DNA of 64,000 bases, from contig OZ059894.1 of assembly GCA_964057225.1 (NCBI GenBank), positions 12,028,001 to 12,092,000 of the forward strand, given 5' to 3'. Each line of letters starts with the position of its first letter. Positions within the stretch are counted from its first letter, which is position 1. This DNA is from Auanema rhodensis (taxonomy: Eukaryota; Animalia; Nematoda). A program made the translations under genes and the position numbers. The notes below the pieces were generated by a model. That model worked only from the letters and a program-made list of their open reading frames with translations. It had not been told where the DNA came from and ran no database searches. Positions 23,410 to 37,124 of this stretch are shown piece by piece.

Positions 23410-24586
23410 ACAGTAAAAAGTCCAATCAAGAGAGAAATTTTTTCAACACATAGTTGTTTTTTTTTTAAATATCATTGTTTTTCCTCATAACTCGGTTTAA
23501 ACTCGTTCTAACCCGTTGAAATACGTCTAGAAAGTCTTTATAACATGCATATGTATGATAGAACTTCATATTTATTGTAATAGAAAATTTTATTTTCAGA
23601 CGTCTTGGTTAACAATGATATGTTTTACCCCCTTATAATTTTTATCATAATGTTCCTTATACGGAACGCTCAATGAAACTTGCTTCCAGAAAAATTTCTT
23701 TCTATTTTTTCTTCATATGTACGTAGATACTATAGAGAACTATGATAGAAAACTTTAACATTCACGAAATCATCATTTCTCATTACGCTACGGAGGTTTA
23801 AAAAGCTGTGTTTTACCTTATAATAGACCGGAAAACCCTTGTGTTAAAACTGGACCGTTTTTACACATATAAAAATGTCCCGTATTCGGGACCCTAATGT
23901 AACTTTTGATTCCCTATATTTTTTTTCATGAAATTTACAATCTACTGTAGAAAGAAGAATTATTTTTATAAAAACTGTAAATTTTTGAAAAATGAAAACA
24001 AAACGAAAACAAAAACAACTTTTTTTTGAACATTTTCTCACACAAGGGTCCCCCCTTACCTACTTTTTTTCTCATTACTCGTTTCAACCTCATCCGATCA
24101 CTCTGCAAACATGTTTAATCGTTCTAACTTGTTGAAATACGTCTTAAAAGTCTAAACAACATGCATATGCATAATAGAAACCACCCGAATAGGCCCCCAC
24201 GCACTAAACGAGATATATACATTACCAGTATAGTAATAGAACACATATTGAAGATTAATTCGATAAGAACAATTTATTGACGTAGAGAATGTTTGTTCCG
24301 AAAAACTACAATATTAAACTATAAAAGTAACAAAAGCGTAGAGGCAGCAAAGACATGAATAAACATAAATGTAAATACAGAATTACCAGGTAGTACATAA
24401 GTATGACAAAAAATTATAAGAAAGCCATGAAAATAGAAGGTTTGTGAACAAATGAGAGGTACATCTTTGATCGTATAGTCATTTCTAAACCGTTCGTATG
24501 CTGCAGCATCGTCATAAGCGTCACTCAAGTTGAATTTCCATGTGTACTACACGATTTTCATTCTTATTGTTACATTCTTTCCCTGA

Positions 24587-24736
24587 GGGAATGGGCCGTT
24601 CCCGCCAGCAGTGCAAGAGCGGGTCGACCCGTGAGGTGGAGCTAGCAAGCCAGCATCTACCTCAAGTCTCAAAAATCGGTTAACCTTATTGTGAACCAAT
24701 GGAACACATATCGAAGGTTAATTCGATAAGAACGAT
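24587..24736 (-). pseudogene. U2: U2 snRNA 3' part (nt 40-189), interrupted by Utopia copy 2
   Basis: Identical to U2 nt 40-189. Confidence 0.92.
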
Positions 24737-27700
24737 GGTTTATTGAATAAATAATGTTATGATACAATAAATAACCAATAAAAAAGAGCCCAGAATCGGG
24801 GAGACGGTATTACCAGTACAACTTAAAACAGCAAGTGATTAAAAAGTACAAAATAAAACACATTACCAACAGAGGCTAAAACGACTCAAGAGTCGGGGGA
24901 GTGGGTTAAAAAAAGTAATGAATAACAAAAAAATGAATAATAAAGCAGAACAGTGAAAAGTAAATATCAAGTGCCGCTATGATCAAACAATTTGAGTGCC
25001 TACGGCAATGGTGTTAAAAATAAACAACAAAATACATGTACCAATGAAGGTCAGAAGGAAAGAGAAAAAAAAAAAAAAAAAAAAAAAGACCAAAATAAGT
25101 AATACAAAAAGTAAACACATTACAATCGAATCACAAACAAGTCAATGGATAATTTCTTCTTCATACTGCCTTACACCAGAAACATGTTCCACGTAGATAT
25201 TCCTGGCCCACTTGATGGTATCGGCGACGATGAGCTTCTCCATTAGCCGGTTGTAGTGGCTGCTGATCTTGAGTGATCGGAGGGCTTGTCCGTTGAGCGG
25301 GTCCATAGTTCCAAGCGTTCCTACGACATACGCTTCTACACTAGTCTTATAACCAAGACATTGGTATTGGCTGGCTATGTCAGCATATTTCCTCTCCTTT
25401 ATCATACGCGCGGCTATCATGGCTTGTCGGCGGTTTTCATAGCTCACTGTAACATCAACGATACTACAGTGTTTTGCGTCATGATCGACCACTACTATGT
25501 CAGGTCGGAGTGTACTATTAATGCCAGGAAGTGGCTGGTTAGTGTAAACTTCTCCGTTTTTAGGCTCTGGCAGGGCTTTGATAAGACGGTCCACGATGTT
25601 GTTGTGGCGGAGTTGGATTGCTCTCGTGTGAAAGTGGCAGTGTCCAAGAACATGTGCAGCAGTTTCGTTGGGGTAACTACACCTGCGGCACTGTTTGTTT
25701 CCTTCTCCGTGTCTTCTACAGCCATTGAGCTGGAGAGTATTAAGTCGAGCCTTGTGGATGAATCGCCAATCAGCAAACCGTATGAAATCTCCCTTCGCCA
25801 TAAAGTGATTGGACGCTTTGTTGAGCATTGTGACATCAAAGACTTTCCCTTGATCCGGTTTTTGAAGAAGGATCCGAAGGTCTTTCAGCCATAATGCACG
25901 TCGCAGGCTTCTGTGGCATAGTGAAGGTGTTAACAGTTGGTTGTTTAGATTGAGTTCTAAACCACTTTCGAGGCATGTCCAGTTAGCGTTGATGAGTTTC
26001 TTGAGTTGACGCATCGCTACTCTTACTCTAGTCCAGATGGAGGAAACATCAGATGTTTCGGTGTCGAAAATGCCATCAACGGAACCGTTGTAATATGCAG
26101 CTGTCTCATCGTTACTGGCTTGACGTTTAATCCTTTTTGATGCTACTTTTTTTGAGTCTTGATGCGCAATATCAGCTACTACAAGATCAGATGACTTCAA
26201 AAGTTGGTAGGCATGAGTGACTTCACAGACGTCTGACAGGTGTTGGAGTCGAGAGAGACCAAGTCCGCCGTAGTTAGTTGGCAGGTAGATTGGTTCAGCA
26301 CTGGCGTTTGGAGGATAGTGCATCCATCTACGGGCACAGCGTTTGAGTTCTTTGTCAAAGGCGACCAGTTTACTCTTTGGGACGTGGCCATTCGTCATAT
26401 GAAAATTAAGGCAGGGCATCAGGAAGGTGCGTACTGCGTCAGCTTTCTGCCATTCAGCAAGTAAGGATTTGTCAATTTTTTCCAAGTGTTGACTCATAAT
26501 ATTCACTGTTGGAACCGCAGACTTATGTAAATGCATTCCAGTAGGGATTCCCAGGTGGGAGTAGCTGTCGAATTTGCTGAGAGCGGGTAGAGAGGAGCTC
26601 TGTAGCATGTATGAGGCTGTTGATATTTTCCCTTTGTCGATCGTCAAGGTGGCGCATTTCGCTGGTTTGAAGGTCAAGCCTGTGAAATTAGCCGCATTTG
26701 ATGCTGCGTCCAACATTTTCTGTAGATCTTCTGATGATGAGGAGACCAGGGCAAGGTCATCGGCGTACGCTAGCACAGCGATGTTGTGGTTGTGTAGCTT
26801 ATAGCCAGTAGAGGATTCCAAGATGGTTTTAATTAGAGGTTCAATGGCAAGGTTGAACAGGATCGGAGATAGTGGGGATCCTTGTAACACACCTGCATGA
26901 ACTGGAATGGTCGATGTGAGTCCGGAGCCTGTCTGGATTCTTGTAGAGGCATCTGTGTATAGAGCTCGTACTCGGGATATTGAGGCTTCAGCCACTCCTG
27001 ACCATCTTAGAACGTCTAGCAGAGTTTCGTGTGGCAGCGATCCAAAAGCGTTTGCGAGATCAAGCCAAGCAATTGCAATTTTCTCACGTTTACGTTTAGC
27101 GTCCGCAATGGTACTTTGCAACATAAAGTTGTGTTCCATGCATCCAGCTTTGGCCACAAAGCCCTTTTGGGAGGGAGAAAGTCTTTTTTCTGCTCTTGCC
27201 CATGTTAGCAGTCGATGCGTAAGACAAGCTGAGTACGTCTTACCAATTGTGCACGAAAGTGCTATTGGTCGCCAGTTGTTAATGTCAGCTTTATCACCTT
27301 TCTTATGGATGAGGACGGTGGTCGACTCTTTCCAGGAAAAAGGGATGTGTCCTAGCTTGTGTACGGTGTTAAATATCGCTGCTAATATGTGACCTCCTTG
27401 GTCAAATTTCTTCCAGTGCGAGTATCGAAGTCCATCAGCTCCTGGAGCCGTATCGCTGCAACGTCGTATGCGTTCCCAGACTTCCAAAGGGGTGAAAACA
27501 CCTTCTAATGGGTCGGTACTAGCTGGCAAATCCGGTCTGGTGACTGTGATGGGGAGGGCTGGGCCTTGACTGCTGTGAACAGAAAGGAAATGTTTTTCAA
27601 CCTCTGCAGATGGTATGGTGCAGGTTTCACTTTGTTCTCCGAGCAGTTGTCGAAAGGCTTTCTTCTTGTTGGCCCTCCAGAGCTTCTGGAGCTTCATCGC

Positions 27701-28472
27701 CTGGGTTTTTTGGTCTTCCTCAGGTTGTGTGTGTGGTCGGCGCCTTTGTCGGAAGTTGGGAACTTTGATCATAATGTCAAGAGACTTTCTGATTGCGTCT
27801 ACCAACTCTTCCAGGACCTGCTCGAGCTCACTTTTGCACACAACCTTTTTAATTCTATCCACCCAAGTATTTTCAGAGTTTCTATTCGGATCAGGGTCGG
27901 CAAAAGATGGTTCTGTACTCGGAACCCTGATCTCGTTGAATATTTCACTCTCTCGCGGAAGGGGGGAAACTTCGGCCTCTGGGGACAAGTCCAGAATTGG
28001 GGCCTCAAACAAGCGTACCGTTGATGGAGATCCTTGTTCCTGTCCACTGGATGATGTTTCCTCCATTGTACGCTCCTCCACGGGCGGGGTGGTCGTCCTT
28101 GTGCCTGGTGGGCGGGTGTTCCTGATCCTCCGCAATATAGGGCGGGAACTGGGCTCTCTCGGAGATAGAGGTGAGATCACCACAGTTTCCTCTATGATGC
28201 GGAGGCATCCTTCAGCTTTTTTCTGATGGCTTTTAACGGCCTTCAGATTGCTGGTGAGGCCACAGGCACGGCACTCAAATTCTACTCCGACCTCATGTTC
28301 TCTCCGAAGATGGCGGACGAGACCATTGTGGTCTGAGTAGGATCGCGGAATAGGAGCGCAGATTGAACAAGAAAAAGGCCTCTGAAGAGGCACCTTTAGC
28401 TTGTAAAGCCCTTGCTCCATCTCTAGCAGATCTAAAGACTTACGTAGTACAGTTGCAATATCGATTTAGCCA
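24737..28472 (-). mobile_element. Utopia-type U2-specific non-LTR retrotransposon, full length, copy 2
   Basis: Same junctions and length as copy 1, offset 23547 bp. Confidence 0.93.
25142..28420 (-). CDS. Non-LTR retrotransposon ZnF-RT-RLE protein (1092 aa)
   Basis: As copy 1, but DLANAFGS instead of DLANTFGS. Confidence 0.96.
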   Translation of the reverse strand: MEQGLYKLKVPLQRPFSCSICAPIPRSYSDHNGLVRHLRREHEVGVEFECRACGLTSNLKAVKSHQKKAEGCLRIIEETVVISPLSPREPSSRPILRRIRNTRPPGTRTTTPPVEERTMEETSSSGQEQGSPSTVRLFEAPILDLSPEAEVSPLPRESEIFNEIRVPSTEPSFADPDPNRNSENTWVDRIKKVVCKSELEQVLEELVDAIRKSLDIMIKVPNFRQRRRPHTQPEEDQKTQAMKLQKLWRANKKKAFRQLLGEQSETCTIPSAEVEKHFLSVHSSQGPALPITVTRPDLPASTDPLEGVFTPLEVWERIRRCSDTAPGADGLRYSHWKKFDQGGHILAAIFNTVHKLGHIPFSWKESTTVLIHKKGDKADINNWRPIALSCTIGKTYSACLTHRLLTWARAEKRLSPSQKGFVAKAGCMEHNFMLQSTIADAKRKREKIAIAWLDLANAFGSLPHETLLDVLRWSGVAEASISRVRALYTDASTRIQTGSGLTSTIPVHAGVLQGSPLSPILFNLAIEPLIKTILESSTGYKLHNHNIAVLAYADDLALVSSSSEDLQKMLDAASNAANFTGLTFKPAKCATLTIDKGKISTASYMLQSSSLPALSKFDSYSHLGIPTGMHLHKSAVPTVNIMSQHLEKIDKSLLAEWQKADAVRTFLMPCLNFHMTNGHVPKSKLVAFDKELKRCARRWMHYPPNASAEPIYLPTNYGGLGLSRLQHLSDVCEVTHAYQLLKSSDLVVADIAHQDSKKVASKRIKRQASNDETAAYYNGSVDGIFDTETSDVSSIWTRVRVAMRQLKKLINANWTCLESGLELNLNNQLLTPSLCHRSLRRALWLKDLRILLQKPDQGKVFDVTMLNKASNHFMAKGDFIRFADWRFIHKARLNTLQLNGCRRHGEGNKQCRRCSYPNETAAHVLGHCHFHTRAIQLRHNNIVDRLIKALPEPKNGEVYTNQPLPGINSTLRPDIVVVDHDAKHCSIVDVTVSYENRRQAMIAARMIKERKYADIASQYQCLGYKTSVEAYVVGTLGTMDPLNGQALRSLKISSHYNRLMEKLIVADTIKWARNIYVEHVSGVRQYEEEIIH

Positions 28473-28568
28473 TTAACCTTATTGTGAACCAATGGAACAC
28501 ATATCGAAGGTTAATTCGATAAGAACGATTACTACACTTTGATCTTAGCCAAAAGGCCGAGAAGCGAT
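28473..28568 (-). pseudogene. U2: U2 snRNA 5' part (nt 1-96) fused to Utopia copy 2
   Basis: Exact U2 nt 1-96. Confidence 0.92.
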
Positions 28569-29010
28569 ACAGCATAGCCATGAGTATCAAAGACATCAAG
28601 CAAATGTATCGTACTTGTTACGAGTGCACTCTCTCATTTGAATATAAAAGTGTGGTTTGACAATCTTGACTGTACAGGTCATAAATGGCTCATATAAACT
28701 GTGGATTTACTCAACTTTTGGACTTATTTTTTTCTTATTCGAAGCGCTGCACTTTTTTCTATTCTTTTTATTCAAATACTTGTATATAGTTTTATATGTA
28801 CGGTTGCAAAGTTTCCGAATATTTTATATATTTTTATACAATAATTAGGAGAAGGTTAATACAATGAAATCTCCCAACTTTACAGTGTTTGTATTGCTTA
28901 CAGTATCTAGAACAACCACTCTTGTAATATTAGAGCACATATCAATCAACAACTTTTTCTAGTTATCAAAGCTTTTTTATTTCTTCAAGATATTTCAAAT
29001 AAAATATAAA

Positions 29011-29129
29011 AGCTTACGACACCCGGGATTCCCAAGCCGTCTCCGATCCAAGTACTAACCGGGCCCAACGTTGCTTGACTTGCCAGATCGGACGGGATGG
29101 CGTACTTTCAACGTGGTATGGTCGTAAGC
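29011..29129 (-). rRNA. 5S: 5S rRNA
   Basis: Array copy. Confidence 0.96.
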
Positions 29130-29370
29130 AATGTTATATTCTTCATTATCAGTTATATCACTCTAAATCTTGTTGTTAATAGTTAGGACCACAAAGAAAA
29201 CAACAGGAACAGTAACAAATGAAATGCCCAAACTTTACAGTGTTCGAGTTATTTACAGTATCTAAGACTACCTCTGTCGTGTTATTAGAGCAAACATTCG
29301 ATTAACAACAACTTTTTTTTAGTTATCAAAGCTTTTTTATTTCTTCAAAAAATTTCAAATAAAATATAAA

Positions 29371-29489
29371 AGCTTACGACACCCGGGATTCCCAAGCCGT
29401 CTCCGATCCAAGTACTAACCGGGCCCAACGTTGCTTGACTTGCCAGATCGGACGGGATGGCGTACTTTCAACGTGGTATGGTCGTAAGC
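29371..29489 (-). rRNA. 5S: 5S rRNA
   Basis: Array copy. Confidence 0.96.
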
Positions 29490-29631
29490 AATGTCATATT
29501 CTTCATTATCAGTTATATCACTCTAAATCTTGTTGTTAATAGATACGACCACAAAGAAAACAACAGGAACAGTAACAATAACAAAAAAAATTTTTTTTTC
29601 ACCTATGTGTCTAAAGGTTAGCCATGTATCC

Positions 29632-29681
<50 letters not shown>

Positions 29682-30858
29682 ACAGTAAAAAGTCCAATCA
29701 AGAGAGAAATTTTTTCAACACATAGTTGTTTTTTTTTTAAATATCATTGTTTTTCCTCATAACTCGGTTTAAACTCGTTCTAACCCGTTGAAATACGTCT
29801 AGAAAGTCTTTATAACATGCATATGTATGATAGAACTTCATATTTATTGTAATAGAAAATTTTATTTTCAGACGTCTTGGTTAACAATGATATGTTTTAC
29901 CCCCTTATAATTTTTATCATAATGTTCCTTATACGGAACGCTCAATGAAACTTGCTTCCAGAAAAATTTCTTTCTATTTTTTCTTCATATGTACGTAGAT
30001 ACTATAGAGAACTATGATAGAAAACTTTAACATTCACGAAATCATCATTTCTCATTACGCTACGGAGGTTTAAAAAGCTGTGTTTTACCTTATAATAGAC
30101 CGGAAAACCCTTGTGTTAAAACTGGACCGTTTTTACACATATAAAAATGTCCCGTATTCGGGACCCTAATGTAACTTTTGATTCCCTATATTTTTTTTCA
30201 TGAAATTTACAATCTACTGTAGAAAGAAGAATTATTTTTATAAAAACTGTAAATTTTTGAAAAATGAAAACAAAACGAAAACAAAAACAACTTTTTTTTG
30301 AACATTTTCTCACACAAGGGTCCCCCCTTACCTACTTTTTTTCTCATTACTCGTTTCAACCTCATCCGATCACTCTGCAAACATGTTTAATCGTTCTAAC
30401 TTGTTGAAATACGTCTTAAAAGTCTAAACAACATGCATATGCATAATAGAAACCACCCGAATAGGCCCCCACGCACTAAACGAGATATATACATTACCAG
30501 TATAGTAATAGAACACATATTGAAGATTAATTCGATAAGAACAATTTATTGACGTAGAGAATGTTTGTTCCGAAAAACTACAATATTAAACTATAAAAGT
30601 AACAAAAGCGTAGAGGCAGCAAAGACATGAATAAACATAAATGTAAATACAGAATTACCAGGTAGTACATAAGTATGACAAAAAATTATAAGAAAGCCAT
30701 GAAAATAGAAGGTTTGTGAACAAATGAGAGGTACATCTTTGATCGTATAGTCATTTCTAAACCGTTCGTATGCTGCAGCATCGTCATAAGCGTCACTCAA
30801 GTTGAATTTCCATGTGTACTACACGATTTTCATTCTTATTGTTACATTCTTTCCCTGA

Positions 30859-31047
30859 GGGAATAGGCCGTTCCCGCCAGCAGTGCAAGAGCGGGTCGAC
30901 CCGTGAGGTGGAGCTAGCAAGCCAGCATCTACCTCAAGTCTCAAAAATCGGTTAACCTTATTGTGAACCAATGGAACACATATCGAAGGTTAATTCGATA
31001 AGAACGATTACTACACTTTGATCTTAGCCAAAAGGCCGAGAAGCGAT
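30859..31047 (-). ncRNA. U2: U2 snRNA
   Basis: Intact; shares its 3'-end variant (30865) with 7318. Confidence 0.95.
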
Positions 31048-31489
31048 ACAGCATAGCCATGAGTATCAAAGACATCAAGCAAATGTATCGTACTTGTTAC
31101 GAGTGCACTCTCTCATTTGAATATAAAAGTGTGGTTTGACAATCTTGACTGTACAGGTCATAAATGGCTCATATAAACTGTGGATTTACTCAACTTTTGG
31201 ACTTATTTTTTTCTTATTCGAAGCGCTGCACTTTTTTCTATTCTTTTTATTCAAATACTTGTATATAGTTTTATATGTACGGTTGCAAAGTTTCCGAATA
31301 TTTTATATATTTTTATACAATAATTAGGAGAAGGTTAATACAATGAAATCTCCCAACTTTACAGTGTTTGTATTGCTTACAGTATCTAGAACAACCACTC
31401 TTGTAATATTAGAGCACATATCAATCAACAACTTTTTCTAGTTATCAAAGCTTTTTTATTTCTTCAAGATATTTCAAATAAAATATAAA

Positions 31490-31608
31490 AGCTTACGACA
31501 CCCGGGATTCCCAAGCCGTCTCCGATCCAAGTACTAACCGGGCCCAACGTTGCTTGACTTGCCAGATCGGACGGGATGGCGTACTTTCAACGTGGTATGG
31601 TCGTAAGC
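31490..31608 (-). rRNA. 5S: 5S rRNA
   Basis: Array copy. Confidence 0.96.
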
Positions 31609-31849
31609 AATGTTATATTCTTCATTATCAGTTATATCACTCTAAATCTTGTTGTTAATAGTTAGGACCACAAAGAAAACAACAGGAACAGTAACAAATG
31701 AAATGCCCAAACTTTACAGTGTTCGAGTTATTTACAGTATCTAAGACTACCTCTGTCGTGTTATTAGAGCAAACATTCGATTAACAACAACTTTTTTTTA
31801 GTTATCAAAGCTTTTTTATTTCTTCAAAAAATTTCAAATAAAATATAAA

Positions 31850-31968
31850 AGCTTACGACACCCGGGATTCCCAAGCCGTCTCCGATCCAAGTACTAACCG
31901 GGCCCAACGTTGCTTGACTTGCCAGATCGGACGGGATGGCGTACTTTCAACGTGGTATGGTCGTAAGC
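31850..31968 (-). rRNA. 5S: 5S rRNA
   Basis: Array copy. Confidence 0.96.
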
Positions 31969-32110
31969 AATGTCATATTCTTCATTATCAGTTATATCAC
32001 TCTAAATCTTGTTGTTAATAGATACGACCACAAAGAAAACAACAGGAACAGTAACAATAACAAAAAAAATTTTTTTTTCACCTATGTGTCTAAAGGTTAG
32101 CCATGTATCC

Positions 32111-32176
<66 letters not shown>

Positions 32177-33353
32177 ACAGTAAAAAGTCCAATCAAGAGA
32201 GAAATTTTTTCAACACATAGTTGTTTTTTTTTTAAATATCATTGTTTTTCCTCATAACTCGGTTTAAACTCGTTCTAACCCGTTGAAATACGTCTAGAAA
32301 GTCTTTATAACATGCATATGTATGATAGAACTTCATATTTATTGTAATAGAAAATTTTATTTTCAGACGTCTTGGTTAACAATGATATGTTTTACCCCCT
32401 TATAATTTTTATCATAATGTTCCTTATACGGAACGCTCAATGAAACTTGCTTCCAGAAAAATTTCTTTCTATTTTTTCTTCATATGTACGTAGATACTAT
32501 AGAGAACTATGATAGAAAACTTTAACATTCACGAAATCATCATTTCTCATTACGCTACGGAGGTTTAAAAAGCTGTGTTTTACCTTATAATAGACCGGAA
32601 AACCCTTGTGTTAAAACTGGACCGTTTTTACACATATAAAAATGTCCCGTATTCGGGACCCTAATGTAACTTTTGATTCCCTATATTTTTTTTCATGAAA
32701 TTTACAATCTACTGTAGAAAGAAGAATTATTTTTATAAAAACTGTAAATTTTTGAAAAATGAAAACAAAACGAAAACAAAAACAACTTTTTTTTGAACAT
32801 TTTCTCACACAAGGGTCCCCCCTTACCTACTTTTTTTCTCATTACTCGTTTCAACCTCATCCGATCACTCTGCAAACATGTTTAATCGTTCTAACTTGTT
32901 GAAATACGTCTTAAAAGTCTAAACAACATGCATATGCATAATAGAAACCACCCGAATAGGCCCCCACGCACTAAACGAGATATATACATTACCAGTATAG
33001 TAATAGAACACATATTGAAGATTAATTCGATAAGAACAATTTATTGACGTAGAGAATGTTTGTTCCGAAAAACTACAATATTAAACTATAAAAGTAACAA
33101 AAGCGTAGAGGCAGCAAAGACATGAATAAACATAAATGTAAATACAGAATTACCAGGTAGTACATAAGTATGACAAAAAATTATAAGAAAGCCATGAAAA
33201 TAGAAGGTTTGTGAACAAATGAGAGGTACATCTTTGATCGTATAGTCATTTCTAAACCGTTCGTATGCTGCAGCATCGTCATAAGCGTCACTCAAGTTGA
33301 ATTTCCATGTGTACTACACGATTTTCATTCTTATTGTTACATTCTTTCCCTGA

Positions 33354-33542
33354 GGGAATGGGCCGTTCCCGCCAGCAGTGCAAGAGCGGGTCGACCCGTG
33401 AGGTGGAGCTAGCAAGCCAGCATCTACCTCAAGTCTCAAAAATCGGTTAACCTTATTGTGAACCAATGGAACACATATCGAAGGTTAATTCGATAAGAAC
33501 GATTACTACACTTTGATCTTAGCCAAAAGGCCGAGAAGCGAT
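33354..33542 (-). ncRNA. U2: U2 snRNA
   Basis: Intact array copy. Confidence 0.95.
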
Positions 33543-33984
33543 ACAGCATAGCCATGAGTATCAAAGACATCAAGCAAATGTATCGTACTTGTTACGAGTG
33601 CACTCTCTCATTTGAATATAAAAGTGTGGTTTGACAATCTTGACTGTACAGGTCATAAATGGCTCATATAAACTGTGGATTTACTCAACTTTTGGACTTA
33701 TTTTTTTCTTATTCGAAGCGCTGCACTTTTTTCTATTCTTTTTATTCAAATACTTGTATATAGTTTTATATGTACGGTTGCAAAGTTTCCGAATATTTTA
33801 TATATTTTTATACAATAATTAGGAGAAGGTTAATACAATGAAATCTCCCAACTTTACAGTGTTTGTATTGCTTACAGTATCTAGAACAACCACTCTTGTA
33901 ATATTAGAGCACATATCAATCAACAACTTTTTCTAGTTATCAAAGCTTTTTTATTTCTTCAAGATATTTCAAATAAAATATAAA

Positions 33985-34103
33985 AGCTTACGACACCCGG
34001 GATTCCCAAGCCGTCTCCGATCCAAGTACTAACCGGGCCCAACGTTGCTTGACTTGCCAGATCGGACGGGATGGCGTACTTTCAACGTGGTATGGTCGTA
34101 AGC
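33985..34103 (-). rRNA. 5S: 5S rRNA
   Basis: Array copy. Confidence 0.96.
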
Positions 34104-34344
34104 AATGTTATATTCTTCATTATCAGTTATATCACTCTAAATCTTGTTGTTAATAGTTAGGACCACAAAGAAAACAACAGGAACAGTAACAAATGAAATG
34201 CCCAAACTTTACAGTGTTCGAGTTATTTACAGTATCTAAGACTACCTCTGTCGTGTTATTAGAGCAAACATTCGATTAACAACAACTTTTTTTTAGTTAT
34301 CAAAGCTTTTTTATTTCTTCAAAAAATTTCAAATAAAATATAAA

Positions 34345-34463
34345 AGCTTACGACACCCGGGATTCCCAAGCCGTCTCCGATCCAAGTACTAACCGGGCCC
34401 AACGTTGCTTGACTTGCCAGATCGGACGGGATGGCGTACTTTCAACGTGGTATGGTCGTAAGC
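34345..34463 (-). rRNA. 5S: 5S rRNA
   Basis: Array copy. Confidence 0.96.
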
Positions 34464-34605
34464 AATGTCATATTCTTCATTATCAGTTATATCACTCTAA
34501 ATCTTGTTGTTAATAGATACGACCACAAAGAAAACAACAGGAACAGTAACAATAACAAAAAAAATTTTTTTTTCACCTATGTGTCTAAAGGTTAGCCATG
34601 TATCC

Positions 34606-34655
<50 letters not shown>

Positions 34656-35832
34656 ACAGTAAAAAGTCCAATCAAGAGAGAAATTTTTTCAACACATAGT
34701 TGTTTTTTTTTTAAATATCATTGTTTTTCCTCATAACTCGGTTTAAACTCGTTCTAACCCGTTGAAATACGTCTAGAAAGTCTTTATAACATGCATATGT
34801 ATGATAGAACTTCATATTTATTGTAATAGAAAATTTTATTTTCAGACGTCTTGGTTAACAATGATATGTTTTACCCCCTTATAATTTTTATCATAATGTT
34901 CCTTATACGGAACGCTCAATGAAACTTGCTTCCAGAAAAATTTCTTTCTATTTTTTCTTCATATGTACGTAGATACTATAGAGAACTATGATAGAAAACT
35001 TTAACATTCACGAAATCATCATTTCTCATTACGCTACGGAGGTTTAAAAAGCTGTGTTTTACCTTATAATAGACCGGAAAACCCTTGTGTTAAAACTGGA
35101 CCGTTTTTACACATATAAAAATGTCCCGTATTCGGGACCCTAATGTAACTTTTGATTCCCTATATTTTTTTTCATGAAATTTACAATCTACTGTAGAAAG
35201 AAGAATTATTTTTATAAAAACTGTAAATTTTTGAAAAATGAAAACAAAACGAAAACAAAAACAACTTTTTTTTGAACATTTTCTCACACAAGGGTCCCCC
35301 CTTACCTACTTTTTTTCTCATTACTCGTTTCAACCTCATCCGATCACTCTGCAAACATGTTTAATCGTTCTAACTTGTTGAAATACGTCTTAAAAGTCTA
35401 AACAACATGCATATGCATAATAGAAACCACCCGAATAGGCCCCCACGCACTAAACGAGATATATACATTACCAGTATAGTAATAGAACACATATTGAAGA
35501 TTAATTCGATAAGAACAATTTATTGACGTAGAGAATGTTTGTTCCGAAAAACTACAATATTAAACTATAAAAGTAACAAAAGCGTAGAGGCAGCAAAGAC
35601 ATGAATAAACATAAATGTAAATACAGAATTACCAGGTAGTACATAAGTATGACAAAAAATTATAAGAAAGCCATGAAAATAGAAGGTTTGTGAACAAATG
35701 AGAGGTACATCTTTGATCGTATAGTCATTTCTAAACCGTTCGTATGCTGCAGCATCGTCATAAGCGTCACTCAAGTTGAATTTCCATGTGTACTACACGA
35801 TTTTCATTCTTATTGTTACATTCTTTCCCTGA

Positions 35833-36021
35833 GGGAATGGGCCGTTCCCGCCAGCAGTGCAAGAGCGGGTCGACCCGTGAGGTGGAGCTAGCAAGCCAGC
35901 ATCTACCTCAAGTCTCAAAAATCGGTTAACCTTATTGTGAACCAATGGAACACATATCGAAGGTTAATTCGATAAGAACGATTACTACACTTTGATCTTA
36001 GCCAAAAGGCCGAGAAGCGAT
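35833..36021 (-). ncRNA. U2: U2 snRNA
   Basis: Intact array copy. Confidence 0.95.
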
Positions 36022-36463
36022 ACAGCATAGCCATGAGTATCAAAGACATCAAGCAAATGTATCGTACTTGTTACGAGTGCACTCTCTCATTTGAATATAA
36101 AAGTGTGGTTTGACAATCTTGACTGTACAGGTCATAAATGGCTCATATAAACTGTGGATTTACTCAACTTTTGGACTTATTTTTTTCTTATTCGAAGCGC
36201 TGCACTTTTTTCTATTCTTTTTATTCAAATACTTGTATATAGTTTTATATGTACGGTTGCAAAGTTTCCGAATATTTTATATATTTTTATACAATAATTA
36301 GGAGAAGGTTAATACAATGAAATCTCCCAACTTTACAGTGTTTGTATTGCTTACAGTATCTAGAACAACCACTCTTGTAATATTAGAGCACATATCAATC
36401 AACAACTTTTTCTAGTTATCAAAGCTTTTTTATTTCTTCAAGATATTTCAAATAAAATATAAA

Positions 36464-36582
36464 AGCTTACGACACCCGGGATTCCCAAGCCGTCTCCGAT
36501 CCAAGTACTAACCGGGCCCAACGTTGCTTGACTTGCCAGATCGGACGGGATGGCGTACTTTCAACGTGGTATGGTCGTAAGC
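36464..36582 (-). rRNA. 5S: 5S rRNA
   Basis: Array copy. Confidence 0.96.
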
Positions 36583-36823
36583 AATGTTATATTCTTCATT
36601 ATCAGTTATATCACTCTAAATCTTGTTGTTAATAGTTAGGACCACAAAGAAAACAACAGGAACAGTAACAAATGAAATGCCCAAACTTTACAGTGTTCGA
36701 GTTATTTACAGTATCTAAGACTACCTCTGTCGTGTTATTAGAGCAAACATTCGATTAACAACAACTTTTTTTTAGTTATCAAAGCTTTTTTATTTCTTCA
36801 AAAAATTTCAAATAAAATATAAA

Positions 36824-36942
36824 AGCTTACGACACCCGGGATTCCCAAGCCGTCTCCGATCCAAGTACTAACCGGGCCCAACGTTGCTTGACTTGCCAGA
36901 TCGGACGGGATGGCGTACTTTCAACGTGGTATGGTCGTAAGC
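36824..36942 (-). rRNA. 5S: 5S rRNA
   Basis: Array copy. Confidence 0.96.
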
Positions 36943-37084
36943 AATGTCATATTCTTCATTATCAGTTATATCACTCTAAATCTTGTTGTTAATAGATACG
37001 ACCACAAAGAAAACAACAGGAACAGTAACAATAACAAAAAAATTTTTTTTTTCACCTATGTGTCTAAAGGTTAGCCATGTATCC

Positions 37085-37124
<40 letters not shown>

